A stretch of DNA of 32,000 bases from Desulfotalea psychrophila LSv54 (GCF_000025945.1 NC_006138.1:2280001-2312000); one strand, 5' to 3'. Shown: positions 16,143 through 23,658, numbered from the stretch's first letter. Numbers and translations are program-made. The notes: generated by a model from the letters alone, not told the origin.

Positions 16143-16904
16143 ATGGCATCAAAGTATTTGTCATCCCTATCGAAGGATGATTATTTAGAGCTTACAAAAA
16201 AACTGTGGAACATTCAGAATCATAAATGTTTTATATGTGAAGAAGAAATTGATTTAGATTTAAACACTACAAATATTGACCATATTGTACCTTTGGCAAA
16301 TAAGGGTAAAGATGCTGAGGTGAATTTTGCAGTCACACATGAAAGTTGTAACAAGTCTAAACAGGACGCAAATTTAAAGATTGCAAAAATACTACAAAAA
16401 CTTAGTAAAATTCAAAAGTCAATACAAAGTAAAACAAGTAAATCAGCGTCACTCAAGGATATACTAAAAAGCTATAATGGTTCAAAGTATGAGTTTAAAT
16501 ACAAGATTGAAGGTATGGAATTAAAATATTCATTTTCAGATATTGGAGATAACAAAACATACCAAACACCAATTTATACTGACAATCTTTCGAAAGAACA
16601 AACATGCTTTATAGAAGTTCCAGTTGAGTACCTATATCATGATGAAATTATTAACCCACGCGGGATAAATAATAGTATCGGAAAGCTTATTAAAGAGTTT
16701 GATAAGCAAAACCCACAATTGCATCTTAGTCTCGCTCGGATAGAAGATGACAGGTTAAAAATATTTGATGGGCAGCATAAAGCCGGTGCTCAAATTTTAT
16801 TAGGAACTAAAAAATTGGTTGTGCGAGTTTTTTTGGAACCAAATATAGACCGGTTGACAGAAACAAATACAATGCTGGAGTACTCTACGGCAAATTGCTT
16901 TTGA
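16143..16904 (+). CDS. HNH nuclease plus start of DGQHR (DndB/ParB-like) domain; 5' part of a frameshifted gene
   Basis: HNH motif is CFICEEEIDLDLNTTNIDHIVPLANKGKDAEVNFAVTHESCNKSKQD. DGQHR-type motif is IFDGQHKAGAQILLG. The ORF stops at 16904, while the +1 frame is already open from 16858. Confidence 0.7.
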   Translation: MASKYLSSLSKDDYLELTKKLWNIQNHKCFICEEEIDLDLNTTNIDHIVPLANKGKDAEVNFAVTHESCNKSKQDANLKIAKILQKLSKIQKSIQSKTSKSASLKDILKSYNGSKYEFKYKIEGMELKYSFSDIGDNKTYQTPIYTDNLSKEQTCFIEVPVEYLYHDEIINPRGINNSIGKLIKEFDKQNPQLHLSLARIEDDRLKIFDGQHKAGAQILLGTKKLVVRVFLEPNIDRLTETNTMLEYSTANCF

Positions 16905-16914
16905 TAAATCAATA

Positions 16915-17757
16915 ATGAGGCAATTGAACAATACGCTTTATTCGGAAAGGGTTAAAAAGTATCAAGTCGCCCATAACCTAAAAGAAGATGATTATTCTTT
17001 TTCAGAGCAGCAGCTTATTGATTTTTTCAAAGGAGATGGGGCCAATATAAAAAAATACATTATTGACTCTATAAAACATTCAATAACGAATGCAAAAGAC
17101 AATAAACTAAAAGACTATATTGATTTTGACGGGAAAGCCAAAGAGTTGCCTATTTCATACAGTGCTTTTGATAAAACTATTTTGTCTTCATTTGTCAATT
17201 CTAAACTTGTTTTAAAAACAGCGATAGATTCAAAAACAGATGAAGGGTTAAACCCAAGAGAATTGGAAATAAATCAAATTGTAAAAATTCTAAGTCTACT
17301 GGCTGAGAATATTTACATGAACAAGTTTTTGCCTGAATTAGGAACAGCACGAGTTGAAAAGAAAATTATTGATAAAAAGGATACAAATATAACAGACGAT
17401 CATTTAATAGCATACAGAATCAGCAAAGAAGAGATTCTGTATAATTGGTTGCAATATCTGAAAAAAGTCATCACAACATACTTTGCAAATACTGGTAAAA
17501 TGGTTGCTGAAGAAAAAATTTTTCAGACACCGTTTGATGAACAACTTTGGATAAATATTGGAAATTTTATCAAAAATCTTAGTCAACTACCACTGTGGAA
17601 AGACAGATCAATGGCAAGTACTATATTTTCTGGTAAAAAGAATTATGATTATTGGAGAGAGATCTTTGAAACAGGTAGTAGTTTAGATGGAGCAATTGTT
17701 TTGACTAATCCGTTAAATTTTATAGAAATGATAAAGGGTACCGAAAATTTTGTATAA
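16915..17757 (+). CDS. 3' part of the HNH-DGQHR gene
   Basis: 280-aa ORF in the +1 frame relative to 16143-16904. That frame is open from 16858 (..STLRQIAFDKSIMRQL..). Both parts sit within a single cassette between attC 1 and attC 2. Confidence 0.6.
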   Translation: MRQLNNTLYSERVKKYQVAHNLKEDDYSFSEQQLIDFFKGDGANIKKYIIDSIKHSITNAKDNKLKDYIDFDGKAKELPISYSAFDKTILSSFVNSKLVLKTAIDSKTDEGLNPRELEINQIVKILSLLAENIYMNKFLPELGTARVEKKIIDKKDTNITDDHLIAYRISKEEILYNWLQYLKKVITTYFANTGKMVAEEKIFQTPFDEQLWINIGNFIKNLSQLPLWKDRSMASTIFSGKKNYDYWREIFETGSSLDGAIVLTNPLNFIEMIKGTENFV

Positions 17758-17810
17758 CAAAAAAATGCAGGGGACGCAAAAAGCCGCGCCCCTGATTTTA
17801 GGCGTTAAAT
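17752..17810 (+). repeat. attC-like site 2
   Basis: GTATAAC-AAAAA-AATgCAGGGGaCGC-AAAAAGCC-GCGCCCCTGATTTT-AGGC-GTTAAAT. Two extrahelical bases on L''. The ORF stop TAA lies inside R''. Confidence 0.7.
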
Positions 17811-17839
17811 TTACCAAATAAAATAGGTTGCAATAACAA

Positions 17840-18967
17840 ATGTCACAAGTTGATTTGATTCGCCAAGAACTTGAGTTGGTAAATTTCCCTAGTAAAGAAA
17901 TACTACCCCTCTATCCAGATTTAATTGAAACTGTAACCAAAGCAATTTATTTAGCACCTCACGAGAACAAAGAGCCTTACTGGGGGATAATTCTTTCTAA
18001 TAATACACCAACTTCTCCGCATGAATTAGTAGATGATTTTAAAGATTCTTATTGTGATGGAAAAAGAACCTTTGGATTTTCCTCTAATGGAAGCAATGAG
18101 TTAAAAACTGTAGTTTTCCAAAGAGAAATGAATAACATAGATCTTCTTGAACTATGTAATAATAAGCAAACTTGTATCATCAACAGACAAGGGAATACTC
18201 TCAAAATATATTTTAATAATACAATTTATATTTGCGAAAATAGAGTTTGGAAAGTACTGGAAAAAGTTGACGCTCAAATAGTTGAAATAAAAAAACACTA
18301 TAGTGCTGTTGACGCAGATCTCGTCAGAAAATTGCTGACTTACTCATTCCACAATCTTTCTACCAATAAAATTGGTGCCACAATAATATATTGGCTTAAG
18401 GACGACTTTACTTCTACCTATGCAACCCTGCCGGACTCGATAAGTCTTGATTTTAACAATGAAAATCATCAGGAAATATTAAAACAATACCTTAGAAATA
18501 ATGATGGAGCAATTGTCATAAATTCAAGTGGCAAGATAATCGGTGGCAAAGCACACTTAAGTTTTTCTGATGACAGTAAATCCTTTATCCAAATTAAAGA
18601 CAAGGGAACCAGACATAACTCAGCAGCTAGATTCTCTTTCGATAATTCAAAATCCATTGTTATTACAGTCTCAGAGGACGGTCCTGTTTCAGTTTTTTCT
18701 GAGGGGAAAAATATTGCCAATTTAAGTTCCATTGATCCTTTTGAACAAAATAAAATTATTCATGAAATTGCAGAAGAAAATGATGCGATGTCCTATGAAG
18801 ATAACTTTAATATAACTTGCAGTAAGTGCGGGAAAACCTTTTATGTAAGTGTATTAACTGTCTCTGGTTGGCGAGAATGGGAAAATGAAAGATGTGATAT
18901 TTGTGGTACAGAAATTCATTCCGCAAAGTGCTTTACAATAAACTCAAGATTAATAAAAACTATCTAA
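17840..18967 (+). CDS. DAC (DisA_N / diadenylate cyclase fold) domain protein with unknown N-terminal domain and C-terminal zinc ribbon
   Basis: NKIGATIIYW, NNDGAIVINSSGKIIGG, KGTRHNSAARFS and IVITVSEDGPVSVFSEG align motif for motif with CdaA/DisA (KIGALIVI, HDGAVII, GTRHRAA, VVSEETGxIS). The C-terminus has CSKCG...CDICG. Confidence 0.8.
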   Translation: MSQVDLIRQELELVNFPSKEILPLYPDLIETVTKAIYLAPHENKEPYWGIILSNNTPTSPHELVDDFKDSYCDGKRTFGFSSNGSNELKTVVFQREMNNIDLLELCNNKQTCIINRQGNTLKIYFNNTIYICENRVWKVLEKVDAQIVEIKKHYSAVDADLVRKLLTYSFHNLSTNKIGATIIYWLKDDFTSTYATLPDSISLDFNNENHQEILKQYLRNNDGAIVINSSGKIIGGKAHLSFSDDSKSFIQIKDKGTRHNSAARFSFDNSKSIVITVSEDGPVSVFSEGKNIANLSSIDPFEQNKIIHEIAEENDAMSYEDNFNITCSKCGKTFYVSVLTVSGWREWENERCDICGTEIHSAKCFTINSRLIKTI

Positions 18968-19037
18968 CCAGGCGTTTAACCCGTTCGCTATGCTCACTCG
19001 GACTCGCTGAAGCTCGCTGGTTAACTTAACGTTATGA
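18962..19037 (+). repeat. attC-like site 3
   Basis: ATCTAAC-CAGGC-GTTtAACC-(37 nt)-GGTTAAC-TTAAC-GTTATGA. The ORF stop TAA lies inside R''. Confidence 0.6.
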
Positions 19038-19046
19038 ATTAAAACC

Positions 19047-19694
19047 ATGATCGATCAAATTGTTACTATAATCGGAGGCTCATACGTCGAGCCAATTTGT
19101 ACCCTCCTTGAAAAGTTGGAAAATTACGACCAACCTAAAGTCGGGCCGTTGGGTTCTGGCTATTATATCAATGGATATTCAGCATCAATTTGCCTTTTAA
19201 GCATCGCACTTCTTGAGTCTTACGTAATGAGAGTAAGATATATCAATGAAGCCAGTGAGAACGAAATCAACAGAATGCCCGTAGGAAAATATTTGGCCAA
19301 TCTATACGAAGATTTCCCTATGCTTGATGAAGTAGGTGAACTTTTTGTATTACGTGACACTATCACTCACAATCACCTGTGGGAACTATACTTAGATAGA
19401 AATGAAGAAGAAATTGGCCTCTCAGAAGAAATCAGAAAAAGCACGGGTGACTGGAAGTATTCAAATTACGTTGATCTAGATTTGAAGCAAACTAAAAAAC
19501 TGCAATTTACTGTTGTCCCAATAAGTATAGGTAGGTATGAGGTTATAACTGTTCTTAAAAATGTATGGAAGGTACTAATATATCTAGAAAACAAAGACTT
19601 AAGTCAATGCCCTGTTTCCGCTCAACACTATAAATATAAAGGCCAAATGCTAAATTTAGGTCAAATAGCTGAAGTCGTTGATAGATATATATAA
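19047..19694 (+). CDS. hypothetical cassette protein, possible HEPN-like (Rx4H) domain
   Basis: 215 aa, mostly helical in character. VLRDTITHNH contains an R-D-x3-H match to the HEPN R[NDH]xxxH motif. No obvious RBS. Confidence 0.3.
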   Translation: MIDQIVTIIGGSYVEPICTLLEKLENYDQPKVGPLGSGYYINGYSASICLLSIALLESYVMRVRYINEASENEINRMPVGKYLANLYEDFPMLDEVGELFVLRDTITHNHLWELYLDRNEEEIGLSEEIRKSTGDWKYSNYVDLDLKQTKKLQFTVVPISIGRYEVITVLKNVWKVLIYLENKDLSQCPVSAQHYKYKGQMLNLGQIAEVVDRYI

Positions 19695-19699
19695 TAATT

Positions 19700-19828
19700 T
19701 CATAACAAGGTGTTAAAAAGGGACTGCGTGAGGCTCGGCGTTTAAAAGTTCCGAGTTAGACCAAAAAGAAATCTAAATCAAAAAAGTAAATACTAAAGGC
19801 CCCGCAGCCCCTTAACTCAACGATAAAT
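19700..19828 (+). repeat. attC-like site 4 (long, VCR-like) with non-canonical R' GATAAAT
   Basis: TCATAAC-AAGGT-GTTAAaaaGGGaCTGCG ... CGCAGCCCCTTAAC-TCAAC-GATAAAT. Confidence 0.5.
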
Positions 19829-19848
19829 CGGACCGCTACGACGCTCCA

Positions 19849-20011
19849 ATTTATCGACCCGAGGTTAAGTTCCCTCAGATTGCCAACCGGATCGTCAAGC
19901 GCTCCGGTTATCAAACCAATGAAACCGACTGCGACCATTTTCAATTCAGGACCTGCTGTGCGGCGCCCAAATTATAAAAATAACCTCGCGGCTCATCTCG
20001 GGTCGTTCGGT
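19849..20011 (+). repeat. attC-like site 5 of an ORF-less cassette
   Basis: R'' ATTTATC plus GACCCGAG (19849-19863) pairs with CTCGGGTC plus R' GTTCGGT (19997-20011). R'' is the exact complement of the preceding GATAAAT. Confidence 0.4.
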
Positions 20012-20057
20012 GGGTAAACAATTGCAGCATTAAATTTGCACACAACAGAAAATATAA

Positions 20058-20879
20058 ATGTACATAATTGAATTACTATTAAGTCTTTTGTTAGCAACCT
20101 TATTGCTCTTTATTGTCGGTAACCAAACAGTTCTCTCCTGTTTGGATAAAGTTAATAATTTTGTAGTGTTCATTGGTGAATGCAACATTACGTTGTTTTT
20201 AAAAAGCTTTAAACACAACATTCACAATTTCTATAATAAACTAGAAATAATATCATTTTTTGAAAGTATTAAGCCCATTGTTGATGTCTTTGCAGGACTT
20301 GCTGCAATTCTCGGTATTTTAATTCCTCTTATCGCCTTTCTGCGCAGTGAACGAGACGCTATTAAAATTAAGTTAGTAAAAGTAACTGAGAATTTTTCCT
20401 CCCAAAAATGTTCTTTTTCATTTACCTTTGCCAACTGTAAAAATTATCCTGTTACGCTTCACGAAATAAATATTTACAATAAAAGATTTTATCTAGTAAC
20501 AGAAAGTACCGCTCACTCTGTTAATTTAAGTGGGCCTGGCTTTTCTATAAGTGACAGGGTTTACACAAACAAGCTTGGAAACGAAATTCCTGCATCTGGT
20601 AATTTTTCAATTATTCTAAGTAACGGTAACATTTTTGAGCATGATGATTTATATGTTCACTTGCATACTTCAGATGGCTTTCAAACTATTAAGTGTAAAA
20701 ATATTGAGTATTTAAACACTGGCGAACTAGAAACTTTCCACAACATGTATGATATTGATGATGGGCTTAAAGCAAGGTTAATTTATTTTGGATTACAGGT
20801 CCCATGTAATTACATAAATACAAAGGCTAGAGTAGCTGCAAAGAAATATTCTTTTGGCAAAAATGAAACTAATGAGTAG
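20058..20879 (+). CDS. hypothetical membrane protein (cassette-borne)
   Basis: 273 aa. Two N-terminal hydrophobic segments (LLLSLLLATLLLFIV, VFAGLAAILGILIPLIAF) precede a soluble domain with beta-strand character. Followed by attC-like site 6. Confidence 0.55.
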   Translation: MYIIELLLSLLLATLLLFIVGNQTVLSCLDKVNNFVVFIGECNITLFLKSFKHNIHNFYNKLEIISFFESIKPIVDVFAGLAAILGILIPLIAFLRSERDAIKIKLVKVTENFSSQKCSFSFTFANCKNYPVTLHEINIYNKRFYLVTESTAHSVNLSGPGFSISDRVYTNKLGNEIPASGNFSIILSNGNIFEHDDLYVHLHTSDGFQTIKCKNIEYLNTGELETFHNMYDIDDGLKARLIYFGLQVPCNYINTKARVAAKKYSFGKNETNE

Positions 20880-20888
20880 GCAATATAC

Positions 20889-21019
20889 ATCGAACAAGTC
20901 GCTCAAGAGGGGCGGCAAGAGGCTATGCTGTTTGCCAAACTCAAAGTTGAATCAAAACTTATAAATACTAAATCAGTTTCGGGGTAATTCACTTGCCGCC
21001 CTTTAGCTTAACGTTAGCT
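20889..21019 (+). repeat. attC-like site 6 (long, VCR-like)
   Basis: ATCGAAC-AAGTC-GCTcAAgaGGGgCGGCAAG ... CTTGCCGCCCTTTAGC-TTAAC-GTTAGCT. The CTCAAGAGGG arm resembles Vibrio-type chromosomal attC repeats. Confidence 0.65.
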
Positions 21020-21033
21020 GTTAAAAGGTATAA

Positions 21034-21162
21034 ATGCAGAAACATATTACAGGTATATGCATAACCACTATATGGTTTATTTTGGTAGGTATTACTGTAT
21101 TTTTAAATTGGGAATCAGCTACGAAATTAGGTCGTGATGCCAAAACGTTGAAGACATGGTAG
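21034..21162 (+). pseudogene. small membrane-protein ORF of the next cassette, interrupted by an IS1-like end
   Basis: ATG at 21034 after AAAAGG. MQKHITGICITTIWFILVGITVFLNWESATKL runs straight into the IS inverted repeat at 21130 and stops at 21160-21162. Confidence 0.4.
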
Positions 21163-21425
21163 CGTGTGATTTTTTTAAGGTTATGATATGGCTACAGTAA
21201 AAGTACCTTGTCGGTTTTGTGGTAGCACTGATGAGGTAAGGCGGCACGGCAAGGGCAGTAATGGAAATCAAAGATTTCGGTGTTCAGATTGCAAGCGAAC
21301 CTTCCAGCTAGCCTACGCCTATGAAACCGATTCGAAATGAAAGATACAGTCCTGGCAATGATGGCTGCTTCGTGATACTACAAGAGTTATTAAGGTTGGC
21401 TGAGTGGTGCACATGGGAGCCACGT
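21130..21425 (+). mobile_element. IS1-family element remnant (left inverted repeat plus decayed insA)
   Basis: GGTCGTGATGCCAAAACGTTGAAG resembles the IS1 IR (GGTGATGCTGCCAACTTACTGAT). A 50-aa ORF at 21188-21340 (MATVKVPCRFCGSTDEVRRHGKGSNGNQRFRCSDCKRTFQL...) matches the InsA zinc finger. HTH-like pieces (DTVLAMMAA, RDTTRVIKVG) follow in shifted frames. No right end was found. Confidence 0.7.
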
Positions 21426-21440
21426 TGGGGGATCATCAAC

Positions 21441-21770
21441 CTACTTTTGGTAAAGGCCATCTTTTTCGTACTGCTCTTGAGGTGAAGAGTCATCGCCAAC
21501 TCCCGTATACTCAATGAAATTTTTTGCCAACAAAAAAGAGATTATGGCCTGAGCCTCTTCACTATGTTTGGGATCGTTGTTACCCAATAGCGCCATGGTT
21601 TTGTCGGGGTCATAGGTGTGGTATCGTTTTTCCGGTAATGCTGAGTTATCTTCTGTGGGTTTCCATTTGGTTGCGAGGCTCACCTGCCAGAGATTTGATT
21701 GTGCATCTTTTTTTGTTATAAGAACGGCATTTTGATGGCTATGATTGATGATTCTGTATATTTTTTTCAT
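21441..21770 (-). CDS. hypothetical protein
   Basis: 109-aa ORF with an AAAGGA RBS. No motif recognised. Confidence 0.5.
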   Translation of the reverse strand: MKKIYRIINHSHQNAVLITKKDAQSNLWQVSLATKWKPTEDNSALPEKRYHTYDPDKTMALLGNNDPKHSEEAQAIISFLLAKNFIEYTGVGDDSSPQEQYEKDGLYQK

Positions 21771-21929
21771 CCTTTATCCCTCTGGAATTTTATTATCACC
21801 TATTTAATAAAATAGGGAAAAAAGCAGAAGGTCAAGGTTGTTGAGGCTGTTTCTTTGTAAGAAAAATGGCTATATAGAGTCAATTATTTGTCTTGATTGA
21901 CATTAATTTTCGTTTGTGAGGATAAAAAG

Positions 21930-22131
21930 AAAGAGAGTTTTCCCCCTTAGAAAAAGGGGAGACATTGTCTTTGTTGATAGAGTAAATTTATCATCGGTCA
22001 TGAAAAATTAGGATTGATTAAAAATTTTCTATTTGCCAGCGTACTCACCTGAATTAAAATCAGATAAATACTTAAATCGTGACCTAAAAAATGGCATACG
22101 GAGTTCAATTCCGGCTAAGGAAGTATTTTAA
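21930..22131 (+). pseudogene. IS630/Tc1-mariner family transposase C-terminal remnant
   Basis: One frame reads ..KRGDIVFVDRVNLSSVMKN*D*LKIFYLPAYSPELKSDKYLNRDLKNGIRSSIPAKEVF*. The LPAYSPEL(N) box is the IS630 DDE hallmark. There are two in-frame stops. Confidence 0.65.
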
Positions 22132-22245
22132 ACACCCAACTATTACTGTTGAACACAGGTTAGTAAATCAATGCCGACACAACCAACCACACTCTGCTTC
22201 TTCTACTCAACAAGCAGTGTATGCACTCCAGCAGTCCATTATTAC

Positions 22246-23238
22246 TCAATCTGCCATTGTATTTGAAATTTGTGAAAACTTTTTTTCAACCCTCATAAAG
22301 GCATCAATAATATCAGGAGCAAACTGTTTTCCCCTCTCCGCTTTTAATATTCGACAGGACTCTTCATGGGAAATAGCTTCCTTGTAACAGCGTTTACTCC
22401 GTAGCGCATCATAGACATCCGCAAGCGACATAATCCTTGCAGACAGGGGTATTTCTTCTCCCAGCAGGCCTTGAGGATAGCCTCCACCATCCCATCTTTC
22501 ATGATGGGACATTACAATCTCAATGGCTATTGTAAAAAAAGATTCAAATTCAAGCTTCTCTTCCGCTGCCCTAAGAATCTCGGCGCCAAGCTCGCAATGT
22601 TTCTTGATTATTTTAAATTCTTCGTCGGTGAGCTTCCCCGGTTTTCTTAAAATATGGTCAGGAATACCAACCTTGCCAATATCATGAACAGGAGCTACTG
22701 TAACAAGGTTTTCTATATAAGCATGTGTCAACTGTGAGTTATACCTGGGGGAGCGAGAAAGTTCTTCCGCCAATGCCTTAACGTACTGAGAAGTTCTTTC
22801 CAGATGTTTACCCGTCTCCTCGTCCCTCATTTCAGCCTCATATGCTAAAGCAAAAATGGTGACATTTTCAACCTGAGTGAGTTGAATGTTTTTACTAATA
22901 ATTTTTTCATGCCTCTTTTTAATGGAGACAAGCATATATGCCTGTAGTAATATTCCTATAAATACAAATATAGCGCCGAAAAAAAATACAACCGCAGTAA
23001 ATAAAATTCCAACCACATGTATATTAAAAACAAAACAAATCAAAACAGCCAGGTAACCGATAAAGAAAAAACACATTAAAGACAAATGTATTTTGTGTAG
23101 GCGATATATGGTTTTTTTTCTATCCTCTAACAGAGCCTCAATACCTTGAATTGTTAAAACATACTTAACAATACTCACTAACATCACCAGGGCACCCAAA
23201 GCAATAAGCACTAATGAGAGGATTATAATATTATTCAA
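22246..23238 (-). CDS. membrane-anchored HD-GYP domain phosphodiesterase
   Basis: 330 aa. About four N-terminal TM segments, then VAPVHDIGKVGIP (HD) and SHHERWDGGGYPQGL (GYP). Confidence 0.9.
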   Translation of the reverse strand: MNNIIILSLVLIALGALVMLVSIVKYVLTIQGIEALLEDRKKTIYRLHKIHLSLMCFFFIGYLAVLICFVFNIHVVGILFTAVVFFFGAIFVFIGILLQAYMLVSIKKRHEKIISKNIQLTQVENVTIFALAYEAEMRDEETGKHLERTSQYVKALAEELSRSPRYNSQLTHAYIENLVTVAPVHDIGKVGIPDHILRKPGKLTDEEFKIIKKHCELGAEILRAAEEKLEFESFFTIAIEIVMSHHERWDGGGYPQGLLGEEIPLSARIMSLADVYDALRSKRCYKEAISHEESCRILKAERGKQFAPDIIDAFMRVEKKFSQISNTMAD

Positions 23239-23390
23239 GCTGACTCCTTATTCCAATAAGTTGAGTAAAGATTGCACCTACTTCAAAGGATAAAAATAGT
23301 GTCCATAAAAGTTCAGCCAGATAATAGACTCTACACTATCCCTCTCATTAACAAATCACACCATGAATTTTGAAAAATAGCAATTTTTAT

Positions 23391-23585
23391 CTACGATCCA
23401 CAACCAGCAACAATCTGTTTTCGTTGCCAATCCTCAATAAGCAGGGTGTTGGACTCCCACCGGCCACGCACCTTCACCGCCGGGAAACCACGGCTTGCTA
23501 TGGCCTGCCGAATAGTCTCTTTGTTTCTGCCCGCATGGCTGCTGATCTCATCCATGCCCACCAGTATTGTGCCTCTCTTTTTCAT
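23391..23585 (-). CDS. small HTH DNA-binding protein (excisionase/AlpA-like)
   Basis: I take the start as the ATG at 23585 (MKKRGTILVGMDEISSHAGRNKETIRQAIASRGFPAVKVRGRWES...). The track start at 23642 is probably an over-extension. Confidence 0.45.
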   Translation of the reverse strand: MKKRGTILVGMDEISSHAGRNKETIRQAIASRGFPAVKVRGRWESNTLLIEDWQRKQIVAGCGS

Positions 23586-23658
23586 CCTGCCACCCTGTGA
23601 TATCATCCTGGTGTATCTGCTTTCCGCATCGCCCCGAAACAAACCACCCAGAAATAAA

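Noticed and set aside
19756-19944. 62-aa minus-strand ORF
   Set aside because: It lies entirely within the attC-like palindromes of the ORF-less cassette. It is GC-rich repeat sequence, not coding-like.
22091-22387. 98-aa plus-strand ORF
   Set aside because: It starts inside the IS630 remnant in a different frame and runs antisense into the 3' end of the HD-GYP gene.
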